Positions 18,510 through 26,788 of a DNA stretch of 50,546 bases are shown here, piece by piece; the stretch's first letter is position 1, and the number at the start of each line of letters is the position of its first letter. Source of the DNA: a virus; the UHGV virus genome UHGV-1368434; one strand, given 5' to 3'. The notes below the pieces were generated by a model. It made no database searches. It was not told the origin of the DNA and saw only the letters and a program-made list of their open reading frames with translations. The position numbers and the translations under genes were made by a program.

Positions 18510-18725
18510 ATGGAATTAAAAACAGAAAAAGAAATAAACGATTACATCCAAGGCTTAAATAAATTAATCGCTGTGAATAAAAATAGACCTTGTATTTACT
18601 GGAATTGTAGTGAACTAAATGGAAAACAATGCGATAAAGTACCATGTCCACGTTGCGTTTATTATGGTTGCTATTGTTGTATTCATAGAGATGAGTGTGT
18701 TTTAAAAATGTTAAATAAATCATAA
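18510..18725 (+). CDS. Cys-rich small protein (putative zinc-binding)
   Basis: ATG at 18510 after AGGAGTG; the track's GTG at 18465 sits in the promoter -10. Motifs CIYWNC...C...CPRC...CYCC. Confidence 0.45.
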   Translation: MELKTEKEINDYIQGLNKLIAVNKNRPCIYWNCSELNGKQCDKVPCPRCVYYGCYCCIHRDECVLKMLNKS

Positions 18726-18751
18726 GTAATACAAATATATATTGAATTTAA

Positions 18752-18776
18752 GGTAGCATAAAAAGCTACCTTTTAT
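18752..18776 (+). terminator. Rho-independent terminator
   Basis: GGTAGC ataaaaa GCTACC followed by TTTTATT. Confidence 0.6.
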
Positions 18777-18893
18777 TATATCTTCTATAGCTTGTATTTT
18801 ACGTTTCTAGCGTATTTACATAGTTCAGTAATAAAAATATAGGGCAAAGGTATAAAGTGTCTTAAATCGTTAAATAGGAGGATTAGAAAAGAA

Positions 18894-19034
18894 ATGGAGA
18901 AATTCACAGGAAAAACATTAGAAGAATATGAAGAATATGCAAAACAAGTGCAGAAGAAAAGCAAAATATATAGTACAATAACACCATTGCTGAAAGAATA
19001 CCATAGAAAACATAAAACGAAGTTATATAAATGA
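18894..19034 (+). CDS. Small basic protein (46 aa), not in ORF track
   Basis: ATAGGAGGATTAG RBS 8 nt upstream of the ATG. Hand translation gives MEKFTGKTLEEYEEYAKQVQKKSKIYSTITPLLKEYHRKHKTKLYK*. Confidence 0.35.
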   Translation: MEKFTGKTLEEYEEYAKQVQKKSKIYSTITPLLKEYHRKHKTKLYK

Positions 19035-19373
19035 TTTGTTTTTAGATTTAATGCAAGAAAGACTGATAAAAACATTGTTATATAATAAAATAATATATAA
19101 AAGAGAAAATGGAATATACGAAGATTACAAATATTATGGATTGCTAGAATAAATTTTCTTTTTGTATATATATTTATATATATATTTTTCTTTATAAAGC
19201 TATACAGCTTATATTTATAAAACATATAACATAAAAAGTTTTTAAAATAGTTATTGATATATAATAATAAATGTATTATAGTATTATTTGTAAACAAGAT
19301 AACAGTTATATAAAACAAATAGGGAGATTAAAACAGATAGAAGAAAATATAATAACAAAGGAGTGAATAACAA

Positions 19374-19607
19374 ATGAATGATATATATGAATCATGCAGA
19401 AAAGAAGCAAGGGAAAAAGAACAGGAAGAAATAAAGAAATGGTTAGGAGAATGCAAAACAATAGTAACAAAAGGTTGTGATGATTTCCATTGTTGTTTTG
19501 CGGAAACAGTTTTATGTGTGTCAGATAATTGTGATGAATGTGCGTTGAATAATTGTAGAGGATGTGAACATTTAGAAAAATGTTTTGATGAAATGATGGA
19601 GGTATAG
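19374..19607 (+). CDS. Cys-rich small protein
   Basis: AAAGGAGTG RBS. 77 aa with about 11 Cys (GCDDFHCCF, DNCDECALNNCRGCEHLEKC). Confidence 0.45.
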   Translation: MNDIYESCRKEAREKEQEEIKKWLGECKTIVTKGCDDFHCCFAETVLCVSDNCDECALNNCRGCEHLEKCFDEMMEV

Positions 19608-19612
19608 AGCAA

Positions 19613-19861
19613 ATGGAAAGTATTAATTCAATATTAAAACCTTGCCCGTTTTGTGGAGGTAAAGCAGTTTTATTTGTAGAAAATGGTGTACAGGTTATGT
19701 GTTTATCATGTGGAGTTAGAACTTCTTCAATAGCAGATAAGATTTATCAAAAAGGAGTGTCGCAAGAAAAAATAGCTACAAGTTCTGTTGACAAAGTAAT
19801 AGAAGAATGGAATAGGAGGGTAGACACAAATGTATGTTTTTCCAACATATTGGACAGATAA
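19613..19861 (+). CDS. Lar-like restriction-alleviation family Zn-ribbon protein
   Basis: N-terminal LKPCPFCGGKA...C..CG matches the Lar family signature. Confidence 0.5.
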   Translation: MESINSILKPCPFCGGKAVLFVENGVQVMCLSCGVRTSSIADKIYQKGVSQEKIATSSVDKVIEEWNRRVDTNVCFSNILDR

Positions 19862-20144
19862 GTTAAAAATAGACTTTCTACAAAGAGTTGTTTTAATACA
19901 TAGTTATTTGTATTATGAAGAAGATAGTCCTAAGTGGAGTGACAAAAAGTTTGATGAAGTAGCACAACAGTTAGTAAGAGAACAAAAAGTATATTCACAG
20001 AAAACAATTAGAATAAATACACAGTATGGATATGTTTTCTATGATTTTGATGGAACAACAGGTTTTGATTTGTTTAGTAGGCTGAATGGAATGGACAAAC
20101 AATTCATTGGTAAACTGGCAAAACAAATTATAAAAGGTGAGTAG
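19830..20144 (+). CDS. Hypothetical protein
   Basis: 104 aa with an AGGAGGG RBS. Confidence 0.4.
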   Translation: MYVFPTYWTDKLKIDFLQRVVLIHSYLYYEEDSPKWSDKKFDEVAQQLVREQKVYSQKTIRINTQYGYVFYDFDGTTGFDLFSRLNGMDKQFIGKLAKQIIKGE

Positions 20145-20154
20145 GAAAACAAAA

Positions 20155-20382
20155 ATGAAAGCAGATTTTGAAAAGGGAACAAAGGTATGTTCTAAATGTA
20201 AAAGGGAATTGCCTATAGAAATGTTTAGCAAAAGTAAAAATAACATTGATGGGTTATATTATTATTGTAAGGACTGCACAAAAAAGAATTATTATGACAA
20301 TCGTGATAAAATACGAGTATGTAAAAGAAGCTATTATAAAGCCAACAGGGAAGTAAAACAAACACGGAATAAAGCAATGTAG
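20155..20382 (+). CDS. Zn-ribbon protein
   Basis: ATG at 20155 (the track's 20137 is a GTG inside the RBS). Motifs CSKCKRE...YYCKDCTKK. Confidence 0.45.
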   Translation: MKADFEKGTKVCSKCKRELPIEMFSKSKNNIDGLYYYCKDCTKKNYYDNRDKIRVCKRSYYKANREVKQTRNKAM

Positions 20383-20525
20383 ATTATATCACAGAAGAAA
20401 GTGTAAATGATTTAAGAAAATACATTGCACAATGTATTAAGGAACTAAATAAAGGAGTGCGCTTAAATCTTAGAAATGCTATTTTAAGAAGAATAGAGTT
20501 TTTAGAATGGAGGTATAGAGATTAA

Positions 20526-20732
20526 ATGCTAAATGGAAAAGATAACTATAGTTATGTAATAGTACAAACAGAAACAAGATTCAAAGATTTGTTTGGAACA
20601 GCAGAATTAAATGAAGCAAGAAAGAATTATAGAAGTAAAAGTACACATAGACTTGGATTAGGATATATCAAATATCTTGAAGCATTAACAAAACAAAAAC
20701 TAAAAGAACAGGATGGCGAAACAAATGAATAA
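20526..20732 (+). CDS. Hypothetical protein
   Basis: GGAGGTATAG RBS. 68 aa. Confidence 0.4.
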   Translation: MLNGKDNYSYVIVQTETRFKDLFGTAELNEARKNYRSKSTHRLGLGYIKYLEALTKQKLKEQDGETNE

Positions 20733-21384
20733 ACGTAGTACAAAGTGGTATAGAAAGAATGAAGCAGAAGTAATGCAAAGGTTAGGTTTAAAACCTACAA
20801 GAAACAGTGGTGCTGGATGGATAGAGAAATGCGATGGAGAAAGCGAGCATTTCCTTTGTGAATTAAAAAGTACAGACCATGAAAGTTTCAGTATTAAACA
20901 AAGTGTACTTCATGTATTAGAGCATCATGCTTTAGAAGCGCATAAAATACCCTTATTTGCTTTTCAATTCATCAATAGGGATGAAGTATGGGTTGCAATA
21001 AAAGAAGAGGATATAAAGGCATATAGGGAGCTTATAGAGCGTGATGTATTAAACAAATTAGAAGAGGAAGATAGCGAATTCTTAAAAAAGTATAAAATAT
21101 CAAAAAATGGTATTGACAACCAAAGTGAAGAAGAGTATTATAAGGGGGAGAAAGAAAGAGGGGGTTTTGAAGCTGTTAGCTTCATGCCTAACACAGATAA
21201 GTTAAACAACTTAGATTCTAACTCAACAAATAGAAATAGTAATACAAAACAAAGTATTAATGTTATAGATGTTAATAAAGTAAAACATAACATAAATGCA
21301 AGAAATAACTATTTCAAACAAAAAGAACAGGAAAGAAGAAAACAAGAACAGAAGTTTAGAACAGAAAGGAGAAAAACAAAATAG
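20713..21384 (+). CDS. PD-(D/E)XK nuclease, Hjc/RecU-like fold (putative)
   Basis: TRNSGAGWIEKCDGESEHFLCELKS fits an R..SG...D...E.K nuclease core. C-terminus is a K/R/E-rich low-complexity tail. Confidence 0.4.
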   Translation: MAKQMNKRSTKWYRKNEAEVMQRLGLKPTRNSGAGWIEKCDGESEHFLCELKSTDHESFSIKQSVLHVLEHHALEAHKIPLFAFQFINRDEVWVAIKEEDIKAYRELIERDVLNKLEEEDSEFLKKYKISKNGIDNQSEEEYYKGEKERGGFEAVSFMPNTDKLNNLDSNSTNRNSNTKQSINVIDVNKVKHNINARNNYFKQKEQERRKQEQKFRTERRKTK

Positions 21385-21770
21385 TGGAAAGAAAGTTACA
21401 ACAAAAAGGGATAGCAACATTTGAGGGTTTAACTATTGGTAAAAACAAAACAGTACAAGTTAAGTTTAAACTAAGATATGATGAAATCCTAACAAGTGTA
21501 GAACTATTACAAGGATTAAACAATGATATTACCTTACATGCAAAAGGAGCTACAAGTAGAGCAGTAAATTTAGGTATGTTCACTATTGGAGCAATTAACT
21601 TTGACAAAGATGGAAATGCAACAATCCCATTTAAGTCACTTGTGGAAAATGTAAACTTAGATAATATTTGTTCTTTAGTGGATGAGGAATATATCATGCT
21701 TAAGTTTATGGCAGTATTAGAACTACCAGACAACGGAGAAGAGGGAGGTGGAGAAGAATGGGAAGATTAA
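21384..21770 (+). CDS. Hypothetical protein with acidic Trp-containing tail (EEGGGEEWED)
   Basis: GTG start 12 nt after AAAGGAGA. 128 aa. Confidence 0.35.
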   Translation: MERKLQQKGIATFEGLTIGKNKTVQVKFKLRYDEILTSVELLQGLNNDITLHAKGATSRAVNLGMFTIGAINFDKDGNATIPFKSLVENVNLDNICSLVDEEYIMLKFMAVLELPDNGEEGGGEEWED

Positions 21771-22075
21771 CATTTAGAGAACTTTCCTCAAAGCGTTTTA
21801 AGGACAGAAGAAATGTTGTGATTTCAGAAGCGTACAACAGTGAAACAAACAAAGTAGGCTACAGTGTAGCAGAACAGCTTGTAACAGAAGAGGATGGAAA
21901 AGAAACAAAGGTATTTCTTAAAGGCAGTTTGGGTATCCTTGATGAAGATGGTTTAATTGCATTGCTTGATTGTGTTTTAGAAGCGTGTGAAGCTGTTGGA
22001 CTTGTAGAACACGGAGAAGAGTGGGAGTACGAAGCAGAAACGTGTCCATGTGAATGTTGTGAAGAAAATAAATAA
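21758..22075 (+). CDS. Acidic hypothetical protein
   Basis: GAGGGAGGTGG RBS. Ends HGEEWEYEAETCPCECCEENK. Confidence 0.4.
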   Translation: MGRLTFRELSSKRFKDRRNVVISEAYNSETNKVGYSVAEQLVTEEDGKETKVFLKGSLGILDEDGLIALLDCVLEACEAVGLVEHGEEWEYEAETCPCECCEENK

Positions 22076-22090
22076 ATTATTGTTTTTATA

Positions 22091-22119
22091 TTGACAAAAA
22101 CAAAAAGATATGTTAATAT
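22091..22119 (+). promoter_or_regulatory. SigA-type promoter (TTGACA-17-TGtTAATAT)
   Basis: TTGACA at 22091-22096 and TAATAT at 22114-22119. Confidence 0.5.
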
Positions 22120-22185
22120 TTAAGAGTAAACAAAAGAACAAAACAGATTCAGAAAACAAAGTGAAAGAGAAAAGGAGAAAGAAAA

Positions 22186-22881
22186 ATGGCAAAGAATTGG
22201 ACAGCTTATGAAGCGGCAAAAGAAATCATTGAGGGAAAGAACAAAGAAAACATCTGTGAGATTGGTTCACGTTATCCAATGCTTACAAGAGAGGTAGCAG
22301 TTGCGGGAGATAAAATCCTTGTAATTCTTAAAGCACTTCCAAAGGTTACAGCAAGAGTTCTTGAAACAGGACTTAAAGATGGTGTAGAAATGGATGCGCC
22401 AGAGACAGAAGAGGAAACAAAAGAAGCTGAAACAGAAGCAGAGGAAGAGGATTTTGATTATACAGATATGACAGCGGCAAACCTTTACAAGATGTGCTGT
22501 GCAAGAGGGATTTCCTCTAAGTGTAAATCAAGAAAGAAAGATGCACTGATTGAACTTCTTGAGAAGTTTGACAGAGGTGAACTTGACGAGGAAGAGCCTA
22601 AGAAAGAAACAAAGAAAGCAAAGGCAACATCAAAGAAACAGGCTAAGAAAGAGGAAGAGCCAGTTGACGAAGATGATGACTGGGATACAGAGGATGAAGA
22701 AGAGAGAGACCCATATGAGGGAAAAACAGCAATGGAGCTTTTCAAAATGTGTAAAGAGCGTGGCATCAAAGCAAAAACAAAGATGAAAGCAGAAGCTTAT
22801 GTAAAACTTTTGAAAGCCGCTGATGCAGAGTCCGAAGCAGAAGAAGCGGAGGATGATGAAGATGACGATTGGGAAATCTAA
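22186..22881 (+). CDS. Double HeH/SAP-motif protein with acidic DDDW segments (SSB-tail-like modules)
   Basis: Two copies of (acidic + W)-HeH: ...DFDYTDMTAANLYKMCCARGISSKCKSRKKDALIELLEKF and DDDWDTEDEE...KTAMELFKMCKERGIKAKTKMKAEAYVKLLKAAD...DDEDDDWEI. Compare the SSB C-terminus at 8951..9754. Confidence 0.5.
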   Translation: MAKNWTAYEAAKEIIEGKNKENICEIGSRYPMLTREVAVAGDKILVILKALPKVTARVLETGLKDGVEMDAPETEEETKEAETEAEEEDFDYTDMTAANLYKMCCARGISSKCKSRKKDALIELLEKFDRGELDEEEPKKETKKAKATSKKQAKKEEEPVDEDDDWDTEDEEERDPYEGKTAMELFKMCKERGIKAKTKMKAEAYVKLLKAADAESEAEEAEDDEDDDWEI

Positions 22882-22978
22882 AACAAACAAATAAAACAAA
22901 CGTTGCATAGATGTTGATAAAAGGCAGGAGGTAGGAAGTATTCTATTTCTTGCCTTTTTTAATTAAGGGGAACAAAAC

Positions 22979-23374
22979 ATGAAAACAGAAGAAATTTTAA
23001 ATTTAGATTGTACAAAACAGGAGAATATAAAAATACTAAACAATTTCCTTTGGAAAGTAAAGCCAGTTGCAAAGATGCTTGAAAAACAAAATTATACAAA
23101 AACAGAGATTGCGCCACTTGAAATATTAGAAAAAGCAATGCAAGGAATCTGTATAAGGTATAACTACAGAACACAGAGTTTTATGCCATATTATGAACAG
23201 CTTAATGAAACAAGAAAGTTTGTATTCTATTCATGTTGTTGTATAAAAGTAAGAGAAAAGCATGATTGGATTGGAACAGTGTATGGTAAAACATTGTGGG
23301 AGCTGGTTGCAAAGATTATTGTAAAGCTGTATGCAGATATTAAAGCTGATGCAAAGAAAGGAACAAATGAATGA
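22979..23374 (+). CDS. Hypothetical protein
   Basis: AAGGGGAAC RBS. 131 aa. Confidence 0.45.
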   Translation: MKTEEILNLDCTKQENIKILNNFLWKVKPVAKMLEKQNYTKTEIAPLEILEKAMQGICIRYNYRTQSFMPYYEQLNETRKFVFYSCCCIKVREKHDWIGTVYGKTLWELVAKIIVKLYADIKADAKKGTNE

Positions 23375-23838
23375 AAGAACTGATATTTTATACAGACGGT
23401 GCTTGTAGTGGAAATCATGGTATAGGTGGATGGAGCTATGTGGAACTTGTAAAATGTGACAGCGGATTCAAAACAAGTGTAACAAAAGGAAACAAACGAA
23501 ACACGACAAACAATGAAATGGAATTAACAGCAGTATATATGGCATTAGTAAAAGCCTTTAAGGGTAAAGCAAAAAAGGTGACAGTATATTGTGATAGTGC
23601 ATATGTTGTGAATGCTATAACAAAAGGATGGCTTTTAAACTGGTATAAGAATGGATGGAAAACAAAGGAAGATAAACCGATAAAGAATAAACAAATATGG
23701 GAAAAGATGTTCAAGCTTGTGTATGAGAAAAAGATGGTGATAAACATGGTACATATAAAAGGACATAATGGAGACCCATTAAACGAACTTGCAGACAGAA
23801 GCGCAGTAGAAGCAAAGCAAGAGTTATCGGAGGATTAA
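23371..23838 (+). CDS. rnhA: Ribonuclease HI
   Basis: IFYTDGACSGN..GGW, ELTAVYMAL, YCDSAYVVN, WKTKEDKPIKN and HIKGHNGDPLNELADRSA all match RNase H1 catalytic and structural motifs. Confidence 0.8.
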   Translation: MKELIFYTDGACSGNHGIGGWSYVELVKCDSGFKTSVTKGNKRNTTNNEMELTAVYMALVKAFKGKAKKVTVYCDSAYVVNAITKGWLLNWYKNGWKTKEDKPIKNKQIWEKMFKLVYEKKMVINMVHIKGHNGDPLNELADRSAVEAKQELSED

Positions 23839-23842
23839 AGTC

Positions 23843-24223
23843 ATGTTAATAGCAGAAAAGATTATCAGTAAACAGTTTAAAGCCAAAACAATGAAACAGG
23901 CGTACCTTGAATGCTGTAAATGGATATCATCAAACATTATAGCAAAAAACAATTCTAAAAACATAAGTTACAGTATAAAGAAAAATGAAAGCAATGGAAT
24001 TGGTTGTGTAGAATTAGAAGTGTATGTTATGGCAGATGAAAAAGAAGTGTTTGAACATAATTGTGAAATATGCAAAGAGTTTGCGGGAGCATTCTTTAAC
24101 AAAGAAAACAGATACAGATGTGAAGTATGCAAGACACCACCATATAGAAAAAGGCTTGAAACAAAACTGGAAACATTAAAGAATGGGATGGGTGAATTTA
24201 TGAAAGGATTAAAGAAACTATGA
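23843..24223 (+). CDS. Zn-ribbon hypothetical protein
   Basis: ATCGGAGGA RBS. Motifs CEICKE...CEVCKT. Confidence 0.4.
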   Translation: MLIAEKIISKQFKAKTMKQAYLECCKWISSNIIAKNNSKNISYSIKKNESNGIGCVELEVYVMADEKEVFEHNCEICKEFAGAFFNKENRYRCEVCKTPPYRKRLETKLETLKNGMGEFMKGLKKL

Positions 24224-24594
24224 ACAAACTATTTGAAGCAGTAGCAAGCTCTTCAAAGGAAACTATTGTACAGGCTCGTAATTGGCTTGTAGGGCATTTT
24301 GAAGAACTTATATGTATTATTTATATCATATTCCCATATGTGCTGATAAAAAGCCATATAGGGGCATTAGAAAGCATTGTAGTAACATTGGTTGTAGTAT
24401 TCATATTAAACTTTGTAACAAAAGTGAAGCGCAAGCTAAAGAATGAAACAAAAGACGGTTTTCCGATACCAGAATACAGGTACACAGTAAAAGACACAGA
24501 TGGTATTGTTAGTATAAAGGAACAGGATACACAGGAAGCAATATTATATTTATGTGATGTAGAGGATTATCTAAGAAGAAAAGGGTTGATATAA
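24220..24594 (+). CDS. Membrane protein (2 TM)
   Basis: Two hydrophobic segments (LICIIYIIFPYVLI, IVVTLVVVFILNFV). Confidence 0.4.
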   Translation: MNKLFEAVASSSKETIVQARNWLVGHFEELICIIYIIFPYVLIKSHIGALESIVVTLVVVFILNFVTKVKRKLKNETKDGFPIPEYRYTVKDTDGIVSIKEQDTQEAILYLCDVEDYLRRKGLI

Positions 24595-24767
24595 TGTTAC
24601 ACAGTCCATGTAAGAATTGTGAAGAAAGAATATTACATTGCCATGAAATTTGTACTAAGTATTTAGAATACTATGAAGCAAATGAAAAGGTGAAAGAAGA
24701 AAGGATAAAAGCTAAGAAAGAAATAGATTTACTTTTTAGGCAGAACAAACAAAGGAAACATAAATAA
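24594..24767 (+). CDS. Small Cys/His-containing protein (57 aa), not in ORF track
   Basis: TAATG overlap with the previous stop. Hand translation gives MLHSPCKNCEERILHCHEICTKYLEYYEANEKVKEERIKAKKEIDLLFRQNKQRKHK*. Confidence 0.3.
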   Translation: MLHSPCKNCEERILHCHEICTKYLEYYEANEKVKEERIKAKKEIDLLFRQNKQRKHK

Positions 24768-24813
24768 AAGTAAAATAAATTAAATTTTACATTGCATAAA
24801 ATGAATTTTATCG

Positions 24814-24842
24814 TTGACAAATAGATAGTAACATGCTATAAT
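24814..24842 (+). promoter_or_regulatory. SigA-type promoter (TTGACA-17-TATAAT)
   Basis: TTGACA at 24814-24819 and TATAAT at 24837-24842. Followed by a roughly 300-nt leader before the ATG at 25141. Confidence 0.55.
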
Positions 24843-25140
24843 AAAATGGAACTAAGGAAATATTCTAGGATAGGAATGTATAAGTAACAGCCATAAATGT
24901 TAGCCAAAATATAAATAGATAAAAACAGTGGACGTATAAAACAAAATAATAAAAAGCCATGTTTGTACTTATAAAATAATTTCGTTCATATATACATAAA
25001 CCTTGTATACTTGATTAGTTTTATATGTTTACTGTTTTTATATAAAAGAAATATTGGTGAGGGAGAAGCAAAACAAAGCATACTTCCTTGCCTTATTTGA
25101 TATTATGGAACAAAAGTAAAAGGAGAGTGAACAGAAAGGA

Positions 25141-25665
25141 ATGGCAACAAATACGAAGTCACCAAAGATATTACGTAGTGGAGTAGAAAACTTAATTCCA
25201 ATGAATGAGAGAACACCAGAAGAAAGAAAAAGGATTGGACAGTTAGGTGTTGAAGCAAGGAAGAAGAAACGCGATGAAAAAATGGCATTACAGCAATCCA
25301 TGAAAGCATTACTAACAATGGATATAACAACACAAAAACAAAAACAAGTATTAATGCACATGGGTTTCAAAAGTGGTGAACTAACAAACCAGAATTTATT
25401 AATGGTAGCACTGTTTAAAAAAGGATTAACCGGTGATGTGGCGGCAATCAAAGAAATTGTTTCAATGATGGATAAGTTAGATATGTTCAAACAAACAGGT
25501 AAAGTACAGAATGAAGTAACAATTAACCTCATAACACAGGGTGATGTATATGAACCAAACAAACAGGATGAAGAAGAAATCTGGGATGCAGAAAATGGAA
25601 CAGATTGGCTTGAAGAAGAAAGTGAAGAGGAAGAATGGGGAAACGATGTATATGACGGCAAATAA
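25141..25665 (+). CDS. Hypothetical basic/acidic protein (weak terminase small-subunit candidate)
   Basis: AAAGGAGAG RBS. Basic helical N-half (GQLGVEARKKKRDEK) and an acidic W-containing tail (DEEEIWDAENGTDWLEEESEEEEWG). No clear TerS HTH. Confidence 0.35.
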   Translation: MATNTKSPKILRSGVENLIPMNERTPEERKRIGQLGVEARKKKRDEKMALQQSMKALLTMDITTQKQKQVLMHMGFKSGELTNQNLLMVALFKKGLTGDVAAIKEIVSMMDKLDMFKQTGKVQNEVTINLITQGDVYEPNKQDEEEIWDAENGTDWLEEESEEEEWGNDVYDGK

Positions 25666-25802
25666 GCCTATACAAGCGTTTTAAACCATTAACCCTATAA
25701 AGTATAAGCAAAATAAATAAAACAGCTAGAAAAGGCAGATAGGAGAGTTATAATGGGTATTGCTGAAAAAACATATAGCAAGGAAAGGAAGAATTAGAAC
25801 AA

Positions 25803-26027
25803 ATGCAAAACCTAAGCACAGATATAGAAGATGAAAAGCAAAGTAAGTATTTAGTAACATATACAAAGCTAGATGATTTCGGAAAAGAAACAGAACAAAT
25901 AAATACAACATTATGCTATGCACAAAACATACAGGAAGCAAAACATAAAGCAGTACTATTGTTATCATTAAAAAATTGTAAGGTCAAAAGCGTAAAATAC
26001 ATGGGCAAGCTACTAAGTTATATGTAA
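25803..26027 (+). CDS. Small hypothetical protein
   Basis: AGGAAAGGAAG RBS. 74 aa. Confidence 0.35.
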   Translation: MQNLSTDIEDEKQSKYLVTYTKLDDFGKETEQINTTLCYAQNIQEAKHKAVLLLSLKNCKVKSVKYMGKLLSYM

Positions 26028-26164
26028 GTAAAATAAATAGAACACCATGTGAATAATAAAAAGCTATATAGTAAAACATAGAACAAACGGATAACAGAAC
26101 AAAGGCAAGCATAACAAAGATATATAGAACATATATAAATAAAACATAGAAAGGATGGAAGAAC

Positions 26165-26788
26165 ATGGAAGAACTAAACATAGTTTATAAACCAATAAAA
26201 GAACTAAAACCATATAAGAAGAACGCAAAGAAACATAGTAAAGAACAAGTAGAACAAATAGCAAATAGTATTAAAGAGTTTGGATTTACACAGCCAGTAA
26301 TAATAGACAAACATAATAGTGTAGTAGCTGGACATGGTAGAATATTAGGAGCAAAGAAAGCCGGATTAAAACAAGTACCTACAGTTTGTTTGGAAGATTT
26401 AACAGAAGAACAAATAAAAGCATACAGGTTAGTAGATAACAAACTAAATGAAAGCGAATGGGATACAGATTTATTAAAACAGAGTTTAGATGAAATAGCA
26501 GAAATGGACATGGAAGTGTTTGGTTTTGCAATGGATTCATTAGCAGATGAAGAGCTGGAGATAGAACCAGAAGTACCATTTACAGAAGTATTGAATGAAG
26601 AAAATAATTATATTGTTTTAAAGTTCGATAATAAAGTAGATTGGATAAATGCACTTGGAGTGTTAGGTATTGAAAAGGTAAAAGCATTCCCAACAAAGAA
26701 GAATGGAAACGAGAAAACATTCGGAGAAAGAGCGGGAGTTGGAAGAGTAATAGATGGTGTTAAGGCATTGGAGAAGATGAAAGAATGA
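26165..26788 (+). CDS. ParB-like nuclease domain (ParB/Srx N-terminal fold) protein
   Basis: IKELKPYKKNAKKHS...FGFTQPVIID.HNSVVAGHGRILGAKKAGL...VPT matches the ParBc N-terminal domain, including the GxGR motif. Confidence 0.6.
   Translation: MEELNIVYKPIKELKPYKKNAKKHSKEQVEQIANSIKEFGFTQPVIIDKHNSVVAGHGRILGAKKAGLKQVPTVCLEDLTEEQIKAYRLVDNKLNESEWDTDLLKQSLDEIAEMDMEVFGFAMDSLADEELEIEPEVPFTEVLNEENNYIVLKFDNKVDWINALGVLGIEKVKAFPTKKNGNEKTFGERAGVGRVIDGVKALEKMKE

Noticed and set aside
18785-19318. 177-aa minus-strand ORF in the AT-rich gap
   Set aside because: Its composition is almost entirely I/L/F/Y/N, as expected from AT-rich sequence. No RBS, and every other gene is on the + strand. Treated as noncoding (possible ori region).
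25038-25661. 207-aa Ser-rich minus-strand ORF
   Set aside because: It is the antisense image of the acidic/K-rich + strand gene 25141..25665, and its low-complexity poly-Ser product is an artefact.
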